From Candidatus Latescibacterota bacterium (GTDB lineage: Bacteria; Latescibacterota; UBA2968), in assembly GCA_965207885.1 (NCBI GenBank), contig OZ242311.1:1664001-1728000 (forward strand): 64,000 nt of DNA, in the 5' to 3' direction. Position numbers and translations under genes: made by a program. The notes beneath the pieces were generated by a model. The model worked only from the letters and a program-made list of their open reading frames with translations. It was not told the DNA's origin and searched no databases. Of this stretch, positions 26,502 through 36,337 are shown piece by piece; the first letter of the stretch is position 1, and the number at the start of each line of letters is the position of its first letter.

Positions 26502-28640
26502 ATGCAAAAACCCAAATCCGAAATCACAATTTCCAATCGCTATCTCTACTTCTACGCCAGTCTGGTCAAACGCATCTACGGTCTGATCATCCGAAATGAA
26601 CACAAAAACCAACCCAACGAGCGCTACACGGGCCGTCTGGATGAAGATGGAATACCGATTTCCCAGGATGCGTCCCATACAAAAGGTAGGTTACCCGGCA
26701 TACCTGTCCAGGATGAAATTATCCTGTTTCGCTTTCGGAAACGCCTGCTCATAGGAACATGCCAGGCTGTTTTGCCCCGCAAAATTTCCGAAATCACAGT
26801 TTTATCAGAAGATGGTCGGCGCCTCCGCTTTCGCCACACCAACCTCGTTTATCTCACCGGCACCTCCGATGTACCACTCAAAACTTATGCAACGGCCGTC
26901 CGCGCTTTGAGCCGGGAAATAGACCTCGAAGCCGTCTGGGAAATCGCCGTTGAATCTGCAACTCCGCTTCCGCTTTCAGAAATCGCCGACCTCTTCTACA
27001 ACACAGAAATCGATGCGACACAATGGATTGCCCTCTATCTTCACCTGCACCATGCCTCTCCTTATTTTCAGCCTCAATCTTCCAACTCGTATTCGCCCTA
27101 TACGGCTGGTCAAGTACATGTCCTCCACCAACGCGACAAACTTAGAAAAGATCGGGATGAAGAGCGCGAAGAATTTATCCACGCCATGGCGAATCCCGAC
27201 GATTCCATTGCAGAACACACGCTGACTCCACGCCAGCAAACCTATCTGGAACAGATTCGACAATACGCATTGTGGGGCAGCGAATCCCAACACGCAACTC
27301 ACGCTCAGGCATTGATCTCTGAAATTTGCAAAACAAAAAAAACCCGCCAAAAATCCGCAGTCGAACTACTCATCAAAAAAAAGGTCTGGAAACGCGATCA
27401 AAACCTCGACTTGCTCCGCGCCGAAGTTCCAACTGCATTTTCAGACCTCGCCATCCGCCAAGCAGAAACACTCGCGCCCACTTGTGGCAACCTGAAAAAA
27501 CAACCCGTCTTTGTGATACACCCGCCCGATCATCCAAACATCGCCCTCTCGTATCGCCGCAGGCTCTTTGGAGGTGCAGAGTTTGGCGTACACATTCCAG
27601 ATATCGGCGCACTCATCCCCAAAAATTCGCACATCGACCGCGACGCTGCCGAGCGCATGGCGCACATACCCTTTCCCGATCAACCCGTTCCCATGCTACC
27701 CACGCGCTTTGCTCACGACCTGGGCCAATTTCAGAGCGACAAAGCGCATCCAGCACTCAGCATCTTCTGGCGCGTGAATAGGGATAGCCACATCAAAGAT
27801 TTTTGTATCGCGCAAACGGCTGCAATCAATAAAGCAGACTTTTCACCTGAAAACATTGACCATGCACTAAACGACCCTGCTCACCCGCAGCACCGCGCCA
27901 TACGATTCTTCTCGCAATTATCCGCACGCCTCCACAAAACGCGACAAACGGCCATGCACGACCTCGAAGAACAATCACCTCCCAACCACGCGCGTCACAT
28001 TGCCGATGAATTATCCCTGCTCGCTGGCATAGCCGTTGGTCGGTGGTGCGAAAATAAAGGGATCCCCGCAATTTACGAAACACGCGATCCCATTGAAAAT
28101 ACCGAGTCCATCGTACAAATCTCTCACCCTATCGTGCGCCACCACGAACTTCACCGCCAGACCCCGAACATCGGCCTCAACACAACGCCAGAAACACATC
28201 ACGGCTATGGCATATCGCATTATTGTCCCATCACCCAACCCACCGCCCGATACACAGACCTGGTGATGCAACGCCAGATCAATCACTATCTTAAAACCGA
28301 GCAATCCCTTTACACGGTTGACGACCTCAACACCCTGCGCTACCGCATGTGGGAAACGCTGGCCCTCATCGACGACCTGGTTCACCGCCGTACCCGCGAT
28401 TTGATATTACAAAAGTGGGAAAATCAAATTGGCCGGGAATTTCGCGCCGTAGTTCTCCACCTCAAAATGCGCGGCGTCCTCGTCGAACTCCTCGGCCACC
28501 CCTTCAAAACAGTCATCTATCCGGGTTATCCCGTAGAAGTCGGCGACGAAATTGACCTGCGCCTGACGGGTATTGATCGCTGGAAAGGCTGGGCACACTT
28601 CACGGAAAAAACCTACCAGCAATCAGCAGTAGGCTTTTAG
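26502..28640 (+). CDS. RNB (RNase II/R-like) domain protein with degenerate active site and C-terminal S1-like region
   Basis: GVHIPDI..IDRDA.ER, PMLP, H.GYG...Y...TQP.ARY.DL..QRQ; start uncertain. Confidence 0.75.
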   Translation: MQKPKSEITISNRYLYFYASLVKRIYGLIIRNEHKNQPNERYTGRLDEDGIPISQDASHTKGRLPGIPVQDEIILFRFRKRLLIGTCQAVLPRKISEITVLSEDGRRLRFRHTNLVYLTGTSDVPLKTYATAVRALSREIDLEAVWEIAVESATPLPLSEIADLFYNTEIDATQWIALYLHLHHASPYFQPQSSNSYSPYTAGQVHVLHQRDKLRKDRDEEREEFIHAMANPDDSIAEHTLTPRQQTYLEQIRQYALWGSESQHATHAQALISEICKTKKTRQKSAVELLIKKKVWKRDQNLDLLRAEVPTAFSDLAIRQAETLAPTCGNLKKQPVFVIHPPDHPNIALSYRRRLFGGAEFGVHIPDIGALIPKNSHIDRDAAERMAHIPFPDQPVPMLPTRFAHDLGQFQSDKAHPALSIFWRVNRDSHIKDFCIAQTAAINKADFSPENIDHALNDPAHPQHRAIRFFSQLSARLHKTRQTAMHDLEEQSPPNHARHIADELSLLAGIAVGRWCENKGIPAIYETRDPIENTESIVQISHPIVRHHELHRQTPNIGLNTTPETHHGYGISHYCPITQPTARYTDLVMQRQINHYLKTEQSLYTVDDLNTLRYRMWETLALIDDLVHRRTRDLILQKWENQIGREFRAVVLHLKMRGVLVELLGHPFKTVIYPGYPVEVGDEIDLRLTGIDRWKGWAHFTEKTYQQSAVGF

Positions 28641-29233
28641 CCCCCTTCCCATGCCGGATACAAATCGTGCTCAATGCCCAATAAACTCAAAATTCGGCCA
28701 ACCACGAAATCCGCCAAATCATCAAACGTCTCCGGTTTTTGATAAAATGCTGGCATCGCCGGCACCACAACAGCACCCGCTTCGGCCACCGCCACCATAT
28801 TGCGCAATTGAATCAAATTCATCGGCGTCTCCCGCGGCACAACGATGAGCGTCCGGCGCTCTTTCAACGCGACATCAGCGGCGCGCTCAATCAAATTGCG
28901 CGACAACCCATGTGCTATACTCGCCAGTGTTTTCATCGAACACGGCACCACCACCATACCGTCTGATTGCGCCGAACCACTCGCCAGCGTTGCAGCGAGA
29001 TTCTTAAGTGGATGCAGTGCCATATTATCTACCGAAACACCGTAAAGTTCCCGAATGAATCTCCCAAAATCTCGCTGTTTTCCTTCAAAGCCCGCCTCGT
29101 CACGAAGCAACATCCAGCCAAATTCGGATATCACCACATCCACCGCAACCTCGCGCATCAGCAATGCGCGCAACGTGCGCAACGCATATATGGCCCCACT
29201 TGCCCCGGTAATTGCAACCGTAATTCGTTTCAT
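28637..29233 (-). CDS. ubiX: Flavin prenyltransferase UbiX family
   Basis: ITGASGAIY, ASGS, PCSMKTL, RAADVALKERR, PRETP, PAMPAFY. Confidence 0.95.
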   Translation of the reverse strand: MKRITVAITGASGAIYALRTLRALLMREVAVDVVISEFGWMLLRDEAGFEGKQRDFGRFIRELYGVSVDNMALHPLKNLAATLASGSAQSDGMVVVPCSMKTLASIAHGLSRNLIERAADVALKERRTLIVVPRETPMNLIQLRNMVAVAEAGAVVVPAMPAFYQKPETFDDLADFVVGRILSLLGIEHDLYPAWEGG

Positions 29234-29264
29234 AGCAAACAGAATCCCAGATACAGCGGAATGA

Positions 29265-30119
29265 TTACAACAACAAATCGACCAGCGTTCCCGCAAAATA
29301 CACCACACTAACCACACCATTCATCGTCAAAGACGCCATGCCCGCTTTTGACAAATCCCGGTGTCTCACCAGATAATGCTCGTAAATCAGCAAACCGCCC
29401 ACGCACGCCACGCCAACCACATAAAACATCCCCAGATCAAACACCTGTCCCACGCACACCATCAAACCAAAAGCAATCACATGAAATATTCGCGCAATCC
29501 ACAACGCGGGACCAATCCCAAATTTCTGCGGAATCGAATACACACCAAACCGTTGATCAAACTCGGCATCCTGACAGGCATAAATCACGTCAAATCCTGC
29601 GACCCACATCAACACCGCACCACCGAGCAGTAAAATCTTTGCATCCAATTGTCCCGTCACCGCAATCCACGCTCCCACTGGCGCGAGAGCCAACGCCAAA
29701 CCGAGAAAAAGCTGCGTCGTCCACGTAAAACGCTTTGTATAAGAATAAAAAAACACAATGCCCAATGCCACGGGTGACAGCATCAAACACAGTGGATTTA
29801 ACTTATAAGCCGCAAAAACGAGCAACGCAGAAAAAACGCACACAAACACCTTCACAGCACCCGCAGAAATAACCCCCCGCGGCAACTCGCGATTGGCCGT
29901 GCGCGGATTGGCCGCATCCATCTTCCGATCCACGAGCCGATTAAAACCCATGGCAGCACTTCTCGCACCCACCATCGCCACCACAATCCAGAACACCTGT
30001 TCGGACGAAATCCCGTATCCAGCCGCCGCCAATGCCGCGCCCGAAAGCGCGAATGGCAAGGCAAAAATACTGTGGCCGAATTTAATCATCCGACCATAAG
30101 TAACAATACCCTCAATCAT
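29265..30119 (-). CDS. UbiA-like polyprenyltransferase (MqnP-like)
   Basis: IKFGHSIFALPFA, ARSAAMGFNRLVDR..D..NPRT..R.LP, YSYTKRFT, GFDVIYACQD; adjacent to ubiX, as often seen in futalosine-pathway organisms. Confidence 0.88.
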   Translation of the reverse strand: MIEGIVTYGRMIKFGHSIFALPFALSGAALAAAGYGISSEQVFWIVVAMVGARSAAMGFNRLVDRKMDAANPRTANRELPRGVISAGAVKVFVCVFSALLVFAAYKLNPLCLMLSPVALGIVFFYSYTKRFTWTTQLFLGLALALAPVGAWIAVTGQLDAKILLLGGAVLMWVAGFDVIYACQDAEFDQRFGVYSIPQKFGIGPALWIARIFHVIAFGLMVCVGQVFDLGMFYVVGVACVGGLLIYEHYLVRHRDLSKAGMASLTMNGVVSVVYFAGTLVDLLL

Positions 30120-30126
30120 TACCGTC

Positions 30127-30984
30127 TTACCTTTGCCGGATAAACTTTTGCAACCGGCCATCTGTCTGCACTTCCCCCACGTACAAATCGCCGTGTGAAT
30201 CCAGCCAGATACCGTGTGGGCACTTCTTGAACTCACCCGGAATATCGCTTTCAACCCCGCGCCCCCACTCGGACAATTTCTCGCCATCAACCGTCCAGAT
30301 ACTCACCCGCTGATCCAACTCCGCGATATAAACAACCTCGTCATCAATATAAACCGTATCGGGCTGGTGCAAACCCGTCCACTCGCCCTGAAAATTGCCC
30401 TCAGTATCGAAAAATTGAATGCGATTATTGCTCCGATCTGCCACCCACAAACGGTCATCTTTATCGACCCGCACAGAATGCACCAGATCAAATTGCCCCG
30501 GACCAGTACCCGGTTCCCCCCAGGACTTGATCAACTCGCCATCGGGAGTAAACTTATGCATTCTCGCATTGCCATACCCATCGGACACGTACATAAACCC
30601 CTGAGAATCAAACGCCACATCGGTCGGCAACCGAAACGGCTCGCCCTCATCGCCTTCCCGATCCGGCGTCCCCACCGTCATCAACAACTCGCCATCACTG
30701 GTAAATTTCCGCAAACAATGCGTGTTGCGCTCCACGCAATAGACGTGATCCTCCGCATCGATATAAATGCCATGCGCATCTTTTAACACATCTTCGCCCC
30801 ACGAAGACAAAAAATTGCCCTCGCGATCAAAAACCACCATCGGGTGCTCGCTGCGACTGTACACATAAACGCGATCCTGCGAATCGACGGCCACCGCCGG
30901 TACCCATCCAAACGACCAGCCTTCGGGCAGCGTCCACCAGTTTTCCTGCACCGTATAGACATAATCACCTTGTCCGAATGTCAT
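30127..30984 (-). CDS. NHL-repeat beta-propeller, peptidyl-alpha-hydroxyglycine alpha-amidating lyase-like
   Basis: VAVDSQDRVYV, PTDVAFD..YVSDGYGNAR, GPGQF..H..VADRSNNRIQ; AAGGAGG RBS before ATG 30984. Confidence 0.85.
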   Translation of the reverse strand: MTFGQGDYVYTVQENWWTLPEGWSFGWVPAVAVDSQDRVYVYSRSEHPMVVFDREGNFLSSWGEDVLKDAHGIYIDAEDHVYCVERNTHCLRKFTSDGELLMTVGTPDREGDEGEPFRLPTDVAFDSQGFMYVSDGYGNARMHKFTPDGELIKSWGEPGTGPGQFDLVHSVRVDKDDRLWVADRSNNRIQFFDTEGNFQGEWTGLHQPDTVYIDDEVVYIAELDQRVSIWTVDGEKLSEWGRGVESDIPGEFKKCPHGIWLDSHGDLYVGEVQTDGRLQKFIRQR

Positions 30985-31056
30985 CCTATCCTCCTTGGGA
31001 AAAATCTGTAAAGTCACGCGTCATTGCAATATACATCACAATTTAGGGGTACAAAG

Positions 31057-31088
31057 AAAAAAAGCTCTGGAAATCCAGAGCTTTTTTT
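31057..31088. terminator. Intrinsic terminator
   Basis: AAAAAAGCTCTGGA-aa-TCCAGAGCTTTTTT inverted repeat. Confidence 0.8.
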
Positions 31089-31105
31089 CGGGAAATTATC
31101 GCATA

Positions 31106-33628
31106 TCACGCTGTTCTTCCGAAAACACTGGTAAACAAAATAAAATCGCCGAAATTGACCTGACCATCCCCATTTAAATCAAAACGCGCATCGGGACTCT
31201 CAGCACTAAAAGCGGCGACAAACAGGAGAAAATCGCCAAAGTCGATCTTGCCACTGCCATCGAAATCCGCTTTACCGGCTATCTCCTTCAAAGGCAGAAA
31301 CACAGCCGGCTGAGAGCGCACCGCCATACCGCGCGGCATATTCTCAAAACTCAGCGTTCTCAAAATCTGAAACGACTCCGCATCAAAAATAACCAGCTCA
31401 TTCGAATTCTGGTTCGCCACATACACCTGCGACCCATCGCGCGACACAAACAAAGAGCGCGTCTCTTCACCTTCGGGCAAAACCTTTACAGTATTCACAA
31501 TGCGATTTTGCGCCACATCGACGACGATTAATTGGGCATTTAAGCGGTCTGTCGCATACAACCGGGAACCATCTGGCGATAAAGCGAGGCGAAATATCCC
31601 ACCATCCATACGAATCGTTGTCACCACAGACTCCGCATCGGTGTCAATCACTGCAACACCACCACCGCCATCGTCACCAAAGTCCCCACCCGACACATAA
31701 AGCCGCTTCCCATCCGCAGATATAACCAGTGATCGGGGTTCCTCAATCACATCAATGCGACCAATAGTCGCCCTGCGTGCGGTATCAATAACCAATACCT
31801 GATTGCCATTGATATCTGTAACATAAAGCCGCTTCCCATCCGGGTGAATCGCCACACCATAAGGACCGCGATCTCCGCTAATCGGCACCCGAATGCGAGA
31901 ACGCACAGTCAAACTCGCCACATCTATAACCGAAATACTCCTGGACTCTGAATTGGTGACATAGAGCAACTGCCCATCCGCGCTCAAAGCGAGATCCAAA
32001 GGCGCAGTATCAACCTCAATATTCGCCGCCACCTGATGCGTAGCGGTCTCGATAACCGTGACCCGATTCTCAGATGTACCGACAGATCCCCCCGTATTGG
32101 CGACAAACAAATAGCGCTGATCCGGCGTCATCAAAACGCTCAAAGGCACCACGCCAGTGGGAATGTGCGCCACCTCTTCACCCGTACCCATATCGATAAC
32201 AGCCACCACATCGGCATCTCGCAATGCAACAAAAAGTACAGGCGATCCAGACAATGATATCACATCGAATTGCAGCCTGGGTAAATCAGATGCTGGCGAA
32301 GGCGTCTCATTGCCATCGTCATCGCGCGCAATCACCCGATATTCAACCCTCGACCCCACACTTTGTCCGTCGAGTTCAGCGGCAAAAATATCATTACCCG
32401 TAGGGATCATTGGCAGCACCTGCTCGCCCCCACCATTGATCCGATAACGCAGCTCCACAGTCGCCACCCCTGTATTATCGGTCACCCTTGCCGAAAAGCG
32501 ATAAGGACCATTGGGATCGGGCGTATTGGCTGGAAAAATGGTCTCCCGAATAAAGGGTGCGCCCGGCGCAGAAGGCCCAATCGCAAAATCGATATTCTCT
32601 ATAACGCGGTCAATCTCAACGCGTATGATCTGGGCATTATCCTGCACAAACGCATTCTTGTAATACTCTCTGTCTAATCTTTCTTCATATAACGTCTGAA
32701 AAATACCGCCAAAATTATCAGCAGAGATTGCGGGATGGTGGCGCTCAATCGCAACGTGATAATCACCCGGAGGCAAACCGAGAATTTCATACCGACCATC
32801 GCCATTGGGACCCTTTTGATCCCCGGCCGCCCCCGACAGAGCACTCGCGACAAACATAAGGGAATCTGTTCCTGCCTGATAAGCCACCACATGCACGCCA
32901 AATGCGGGACCATCGGCACTCAAGACCTGCCCACGCACACCGCCTGTTAGCCCTTCCACCGGATATATCGCCGTTATACCCGCGATATCATCGGCTTCCA
33001 GAGAACGCTCCGCACGCGGTGCCTGGGACGAAGCGAAGGGAAACATTGTCGCGCGCAGTTCGGGATCACCCACCCAGGGGCTGTGATCCAGCCCCAACAA
33101 ATGACCGATTTCATGCGTCATTATAGCGTGAAGATCAAACAGATCTTCAGGCGTAGTATTCTCCTCAATCGAAAACTGATGATCCCGCCCATTAAAAACA
33201 ATATCTGTATCCGTAATAAGACCATCGTCGTTCTCGATGACCCGTGCAACTGCAACGACCCCCGTACCCTCGGGTGCGCCTATAACCTCTCCCGTCGCAT
33301 CGTAAAAAATCACATTGCGATTGTCATTACCCGACACTTCAAGCTGTGCTGTACCTTCATATTCAAAGGTAATAAATGCCGATGGCACCGCGCCCCAGTC
33401 ATTAAACCCCTGCTGTGCAATCCGCACCACCTCAGTCTCGGGAAAGGGAAAACTCCCGGCATTGACCACAAAGGGAATACCAGCCCCGGCCCGAGAGGGT
33501 GACCAGCGAAGTGTCACAATTTGTCCACGCGAATTTTGTCGTGTAAGAATCACATATCCCTCTGCACCAACCCACAGAAAGAGCAGAAGGCCGACAACAC
33601 ATATTTTTTTCACAATATCAATCCTCAT
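31106..33628 (-). CDS. Secreted matrixin-like (M10) metallopeptidase with Ig-like, YVTN beta-propeller and dockerin-like domains
   Basis: Signal peptide; HEIGHLLGLDH zinc motif and ATMFP Met-turn; repeated SxDGxxLYVTN blades; C-terminal DFDGSG..DLNGDG; start trimmed to ATG 33628. Confidence 0.88.
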   Translation of the reverse strand: MRIDIVKKICVVGLLLFLWVGAEGYVILTRQNSRGQIVTLRWSPSRAGAGIPFVVNAGSFPFPETEVVRIAQQGFNDWGAVPSAFITFEYEGTAQLEVSGNDNRNVIFYDATGEVIGAPEGTGVVAVARVIENDDGLITDTDIVFNGRDHQFSIEENTTPEDLFDLHAIMTHEIGHLLGLDHSPWVGDPELRATMFPFASSQAPRAERSLEADDIAGITAIYPVEGLTGGVRGQVLSADGPAFGVHVVAYQAGTDSLMFVASALSGAAGDQKGPNGDGRYEILGLPPGDYHVAIERHHPAISADNFGGIFQTLYEERLDREYYKNAFVQDNAQIIRVEIDRVIENIDFAIGPSAPGAPFIRETIFPANTPDPNGPYRFSARVTDNTGVATVELRYRINGGGEQVLPMIPTGNDIFAAELDGQSVGSRVEYRVIARDDDGNETPSPASDLPRLQFDVISLSGSPVLFVALRDADVVAVIDMGTGEEVAHIPTGVVPLSVLMTPDQRYLFVANTGGSVGTSENRVTVIETATHQVAANIEVDTAPLDLALSADGQLLYVTNSESRSISVIDVASLTVRSRIRVPISGDRGPYGVAIHPDGKRLYVTDINGNQVLVIDTARRATIGRIDVIEEPRSLVISADGKRLYVSGGDFGDDGGGGVAVIDTDAESVVTTIRMDGGIFRLALSPDGSRLYATDRLNAQLIVVDVAQNRIVNTVKVLPEGEETRSLFVSRDGSQVYVANQNSNELVIFDAESFQILRTLSFENMPRGMAVRSQPAVFLPLKEIAGKADFDGSGKIDFGDFLLFVAAFSAESPDARFDLNGDGQVNFGDFILFTSVFGRTA

Positions 33629-34010
33629 GTTTAAGTACCGGTTCCGATCCCGTCGCATCCACCATCCACACCTCAGCGCTGCCATCTCGATCAAAATCCG
33701 CTTCTGCATACGCCTTGAAACCATCCTCCGAAACAATCACCCGATAGCGAAACCGTCCGGGCGCATTATTGAGTTGTAAAATATCACCGTTATTTTTTTT
33801 ATCGATAGGCAAATAAGTGCCATATTCGGCGAGATATGCGTGTTGTAGAGCCGCAATGCGTTGCAACATAATGCGAGCGCGTTCTCGTTCTGCATCTTCG
33901 GGCGTGCGATATGTAAACTGATAAAACAACACCAGGCACAGCATCACCAACAGCCCAATCACGATACCCACTTGATGCAACTGACCTCGATATTCCCAAA
34001 AGAACATCAC
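33618..34010 (-). CDS. Type IV pilin-like membrane protein lacking the prepilin cleavage motif
   Basis: Hydrophobic helix, then A..ML..I..LQ.AY.AEYGTY and F.A.A.AD.D.DG...W.VD..G, a pilin-like pattern. Confidence 0.5.
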   Translation of the reverse strand: MMFFWEYRGQLHQVGIVIGLLVMLCLVLFYQFTYRTPEDAERERARIMLQRIAALQHAYLAEYGTYLPIDKKNNGDILQLNNAPGRFRYRVIVSEDGFKAYAEADFDRDGSAEVWMVDATGSEPVLKHED

Positions 34011-35668
34011 GGACTCTCCTCACTGGTCGGCAACATCCACCAGATTTTGGATTCCAACTTCTCGACCTCCGTCTCCCATCGCGCCCGTACCTCCACCGTA
34101 TCAGCCCGCGCGATCAAAGGCTCTGCGGGCAAAAACGGATGGACTTGCCCAGACATCCACTGACCATTGTGATCGCGATCTAAAAATCCAGAAATACGAT
34201 ACGTCCCCGGAAGCAAACTCGTCAAACTAAACGTCGTATCCCGCAAAACCTGTTCCCGGAAAAAATCATGCGTCAACCCCTCCATCCATACCACAACATC
34301 AGAAGAAGACGTCGTCCCGGAAACGCGCCCCAGAGCCGCGGTGTCCATCACAGAAAAAACAAACGAAATCGGTTCAGAAAGAACATTGCCCCCAATATCC
34401 AATAGCCTCTCGCGATTTCCAATAAGTCGAAACGTCTCGCCACTCGTCCAAAGACTATCCGGTAAAAACACGAGATGATTGGGTGCAACCCATTCAAAAT
34501 GCCCTTGCGGAACAACCGTCGAATCCGACGCTATCCAGAAGTCGGACACACCATCTACACGCATCGCATCGGAAAATAACATGCGAATCACAGCCGTTGG
34601 CAAAACATTCTCGGCATTCTCCGATGGCGCGCGTGCCAGCACCTCTGGCGCGCGTCGATCGCGCGTACCATCGCCTCGCACCATTACATCTGTGGTATCG
34701 CGATTCCCCCACCGATCTACGACATCAACCCGAGCAGTGTATTCCACGCCCTGCGTTTGCAGTTCAGTAATCAACCCCACCCCGCTCGAGTCAACGGGAT
34801 CTTGATATATCTCCAACACCGATAGCCCAGATATTTCAACGCCCAAAACGCGCACAGGTTCATCAAAACGCATCAAAACATGCTGTTGATCGGGAGTGCG
34901 GGCAGCAACGAGCGCGGGTGCTGACGTATCGCGCACCGCGAGTTTGAGATCACCCAGGCGAACGCGCCCCTCATCGAAAAGCGCCACATCGCCTGGCGGA
35001 AGTGCCAACAAATCGCCAGATGAATACGCGCGATCATTATTCTGATCGTCAAAAGCAAATATCCGATAATTCCCAGAACCCAAACGCGGCAATACAAAAT
35101 GGCCCGTTTCATCGGGCTGCGTCACATAAGTGGGGCGATCGCTTCCCGGATCGGGTGCCGTCACCACAGACAGATCATAAGCCCAAACAAAAACCTGTCC
35201 CCTCTCCTCCTTAGACTTCAACACCCGCCCATTGAGTTCCCCGCGATTTAAGCGATCCCCCGTCGCAAATCCAAAACTATAAGAAGCCCGCATGCGGTTG
35301 CGCCACTCATCCGCGCTCTCCTGCCCCACCGTAACCAGATATGTTCGGTCGGCTTGCAAGCCATCGGGCAATCGAACTTCCAGCACATCCCCACGCCACT
35401 TGAAATCGAATTCCTCAGCCCCCTGTGGCGAAATAAATAATGCCCGCTCGACCGACCTGCGATCCATCGCCTCAGAAAAGCGAATGCGAATCGGCGTATC
35501 CAACCCGACTCGCACAGAATCATCTGCGGGCACTGTATCGATCACCCTCGGCGGCGTCTTATCGAGCGGTCCTCCCGGCGGAGGCATCTGCCGCGCACAG
35601 GCCATCAAGAAACAGATAATACATAAGAAAAAAAATCCCCCGTTTCTCTGTCGTCTATCGTCTATCAT
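34007..35668 (-). CDS. Ig-like (Big_5) domain lipoprotein
   Basis: LMA-C lipobox then PPPGGPLDKTPP; two IRFSE/MLFSD Ig repeats; GNYRIFAFDD and GTYRISGFLD segments. Confidence 0.8.
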   Translation of the reverse strand: MIDDRRQRNGGFFFLCIICFLMACARQMPPPGGPLDKTPPRVIDTVPADDSVRVGLDTPIRIRFSEAMDRRSVERALFISPQGAEEFDFKWRGDVLEVRLPDGLQADRTYLVTVGQESADEWRNRMRASYSFGFATGDRLNRGELNGRVLKSKEERGQVFVWAYDLSVVTAPDPGSDRPTYVTQPDETGHFVLPRLGSGNYRIFAFDDQNNDRAYSSGDLLALPPGDVALFDEGRVRLGDLKLAVRDTSAPALVAARTPDQQHVLMRFDEPVRVLGVEISGLSVLEIYQDPVDSSGVGLITELQTQGVEYTARVDVVDRWGNRDTTDVMVRGDGTRDRRAPEVLARAPSENAENVLPTAVIRMLFSDAMRVDGVSDFWIASDSTVVPQGHFEWVAPNHLVFLPDSLWTSGETFRLIGNRERLLDIGGNVLSEPISFVFSVMDTAALGRVSGTTSSSDVVVWMEGLTHDFFREQVLRDTTFSLTSLLPGTYRISGFLDRDHNGQWMSGQVHPFLPAEPLIARADTVEVRARWETEVEKLESKIWWMLPTSEESP

Positions 35669-35681
35669 CTGCTCTTCGCAC

Positions 35682-36050
35682 TTATAGATTCAACGTATGC
35701 CGTAGAGCCACATCAACTTTGGTCATTGGAAGCGAACCAATTGCGCGGTCAATTGCCGATTCAACAACTGTGGCAAGATTATCAGTCATTACTACCGAGT
35801 CCGTGAGTAGCCCTGATTGTTGTCCTTCGGGGGTAGAAAGTAAAATGGTAACACGGCTCGAATGATTGGCGCGAAACATCTGGCTGGTAATCATCGCCAC
35901 GATCACTTGCGATAAGCCGGTTTGAAGATTGTCAGATTGAACGATTAATCCCGGACGTGGCCTAGCCGTAAGCAAGTTGGAATCTGGAAAGAGCACTAAA
36001 ATGACATCACCGCGTTTATAGGTTGGATTTGGCTGCGTCATAGTTGTCAT
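35682..36050 (-). CDS. PemK/MazF family toxin
   Basis: KRGDVILVLFP..RP.LIVQ..IVAMITS..GLLTDSVV.TDNLATV. Confidence 0.88.
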   Translation of the reverse strand: MTTMTQPNPTYKRGDVILVLFPDSNLLTARPRPGLIVQSDNLQTGLSQVIVAMITSQMFRANHSSRVTILLSTPEGQQSGLLTDSVVMTDNLATVVESAIDRAIGSLPMTKVDVALRHTLNL

Positions 36051-36267
36051 AAATACTCATTTCAGGGCTTTCCCAGTCTTCGGCAAAAGTCGCCAGGCGT
36101 TCACGCAAATCTGCTGCCTGTGCTTTGTCAATACCTCGTTTTTGTAAATCAATAGAATGTGTTGGCAGAAACGTTACAATAACGGGTGTATCTTCACACA
36201 CATCGCGGGGTGTTTCCGAGAGTTCAATTTTGCCACCGCGATACATTCCTTCAATTGTTGTGAGCAT
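36016..36267 (-). CDS. Putative antitoxin of the MazF-like toxin
   Basis: Small ORF overlapping the toxin start; MLTTIEGMYRGGKIEL..VIVTFL..DWESPEMSIYD. Confidence 0.7.
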   Translation of the reverse strand: MLTTIEGMYRGGKIELSETPRDVCEDTPVIVTFLPTHSIDLQKRGIDKAQAADLRERLATFAEDWESPEMSIYDNYDAAKSNL

Positions 36268-36337
36268 GGGGATCACTCCTTCTGTAATCTATTGTCTGTC
36301 CTGTGTTCATTCCTAATTCCCAATTACCAGTATTTCT

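Noticed and set aside
31694-31841. Identical 21-bp sequence ACATAAAGCCGCTTCCCATCC twice in the protease gene
   Set aside because: It encodes the equivalent DGKRLYV segment of beta-propeller blades; an ordinary internal repeat
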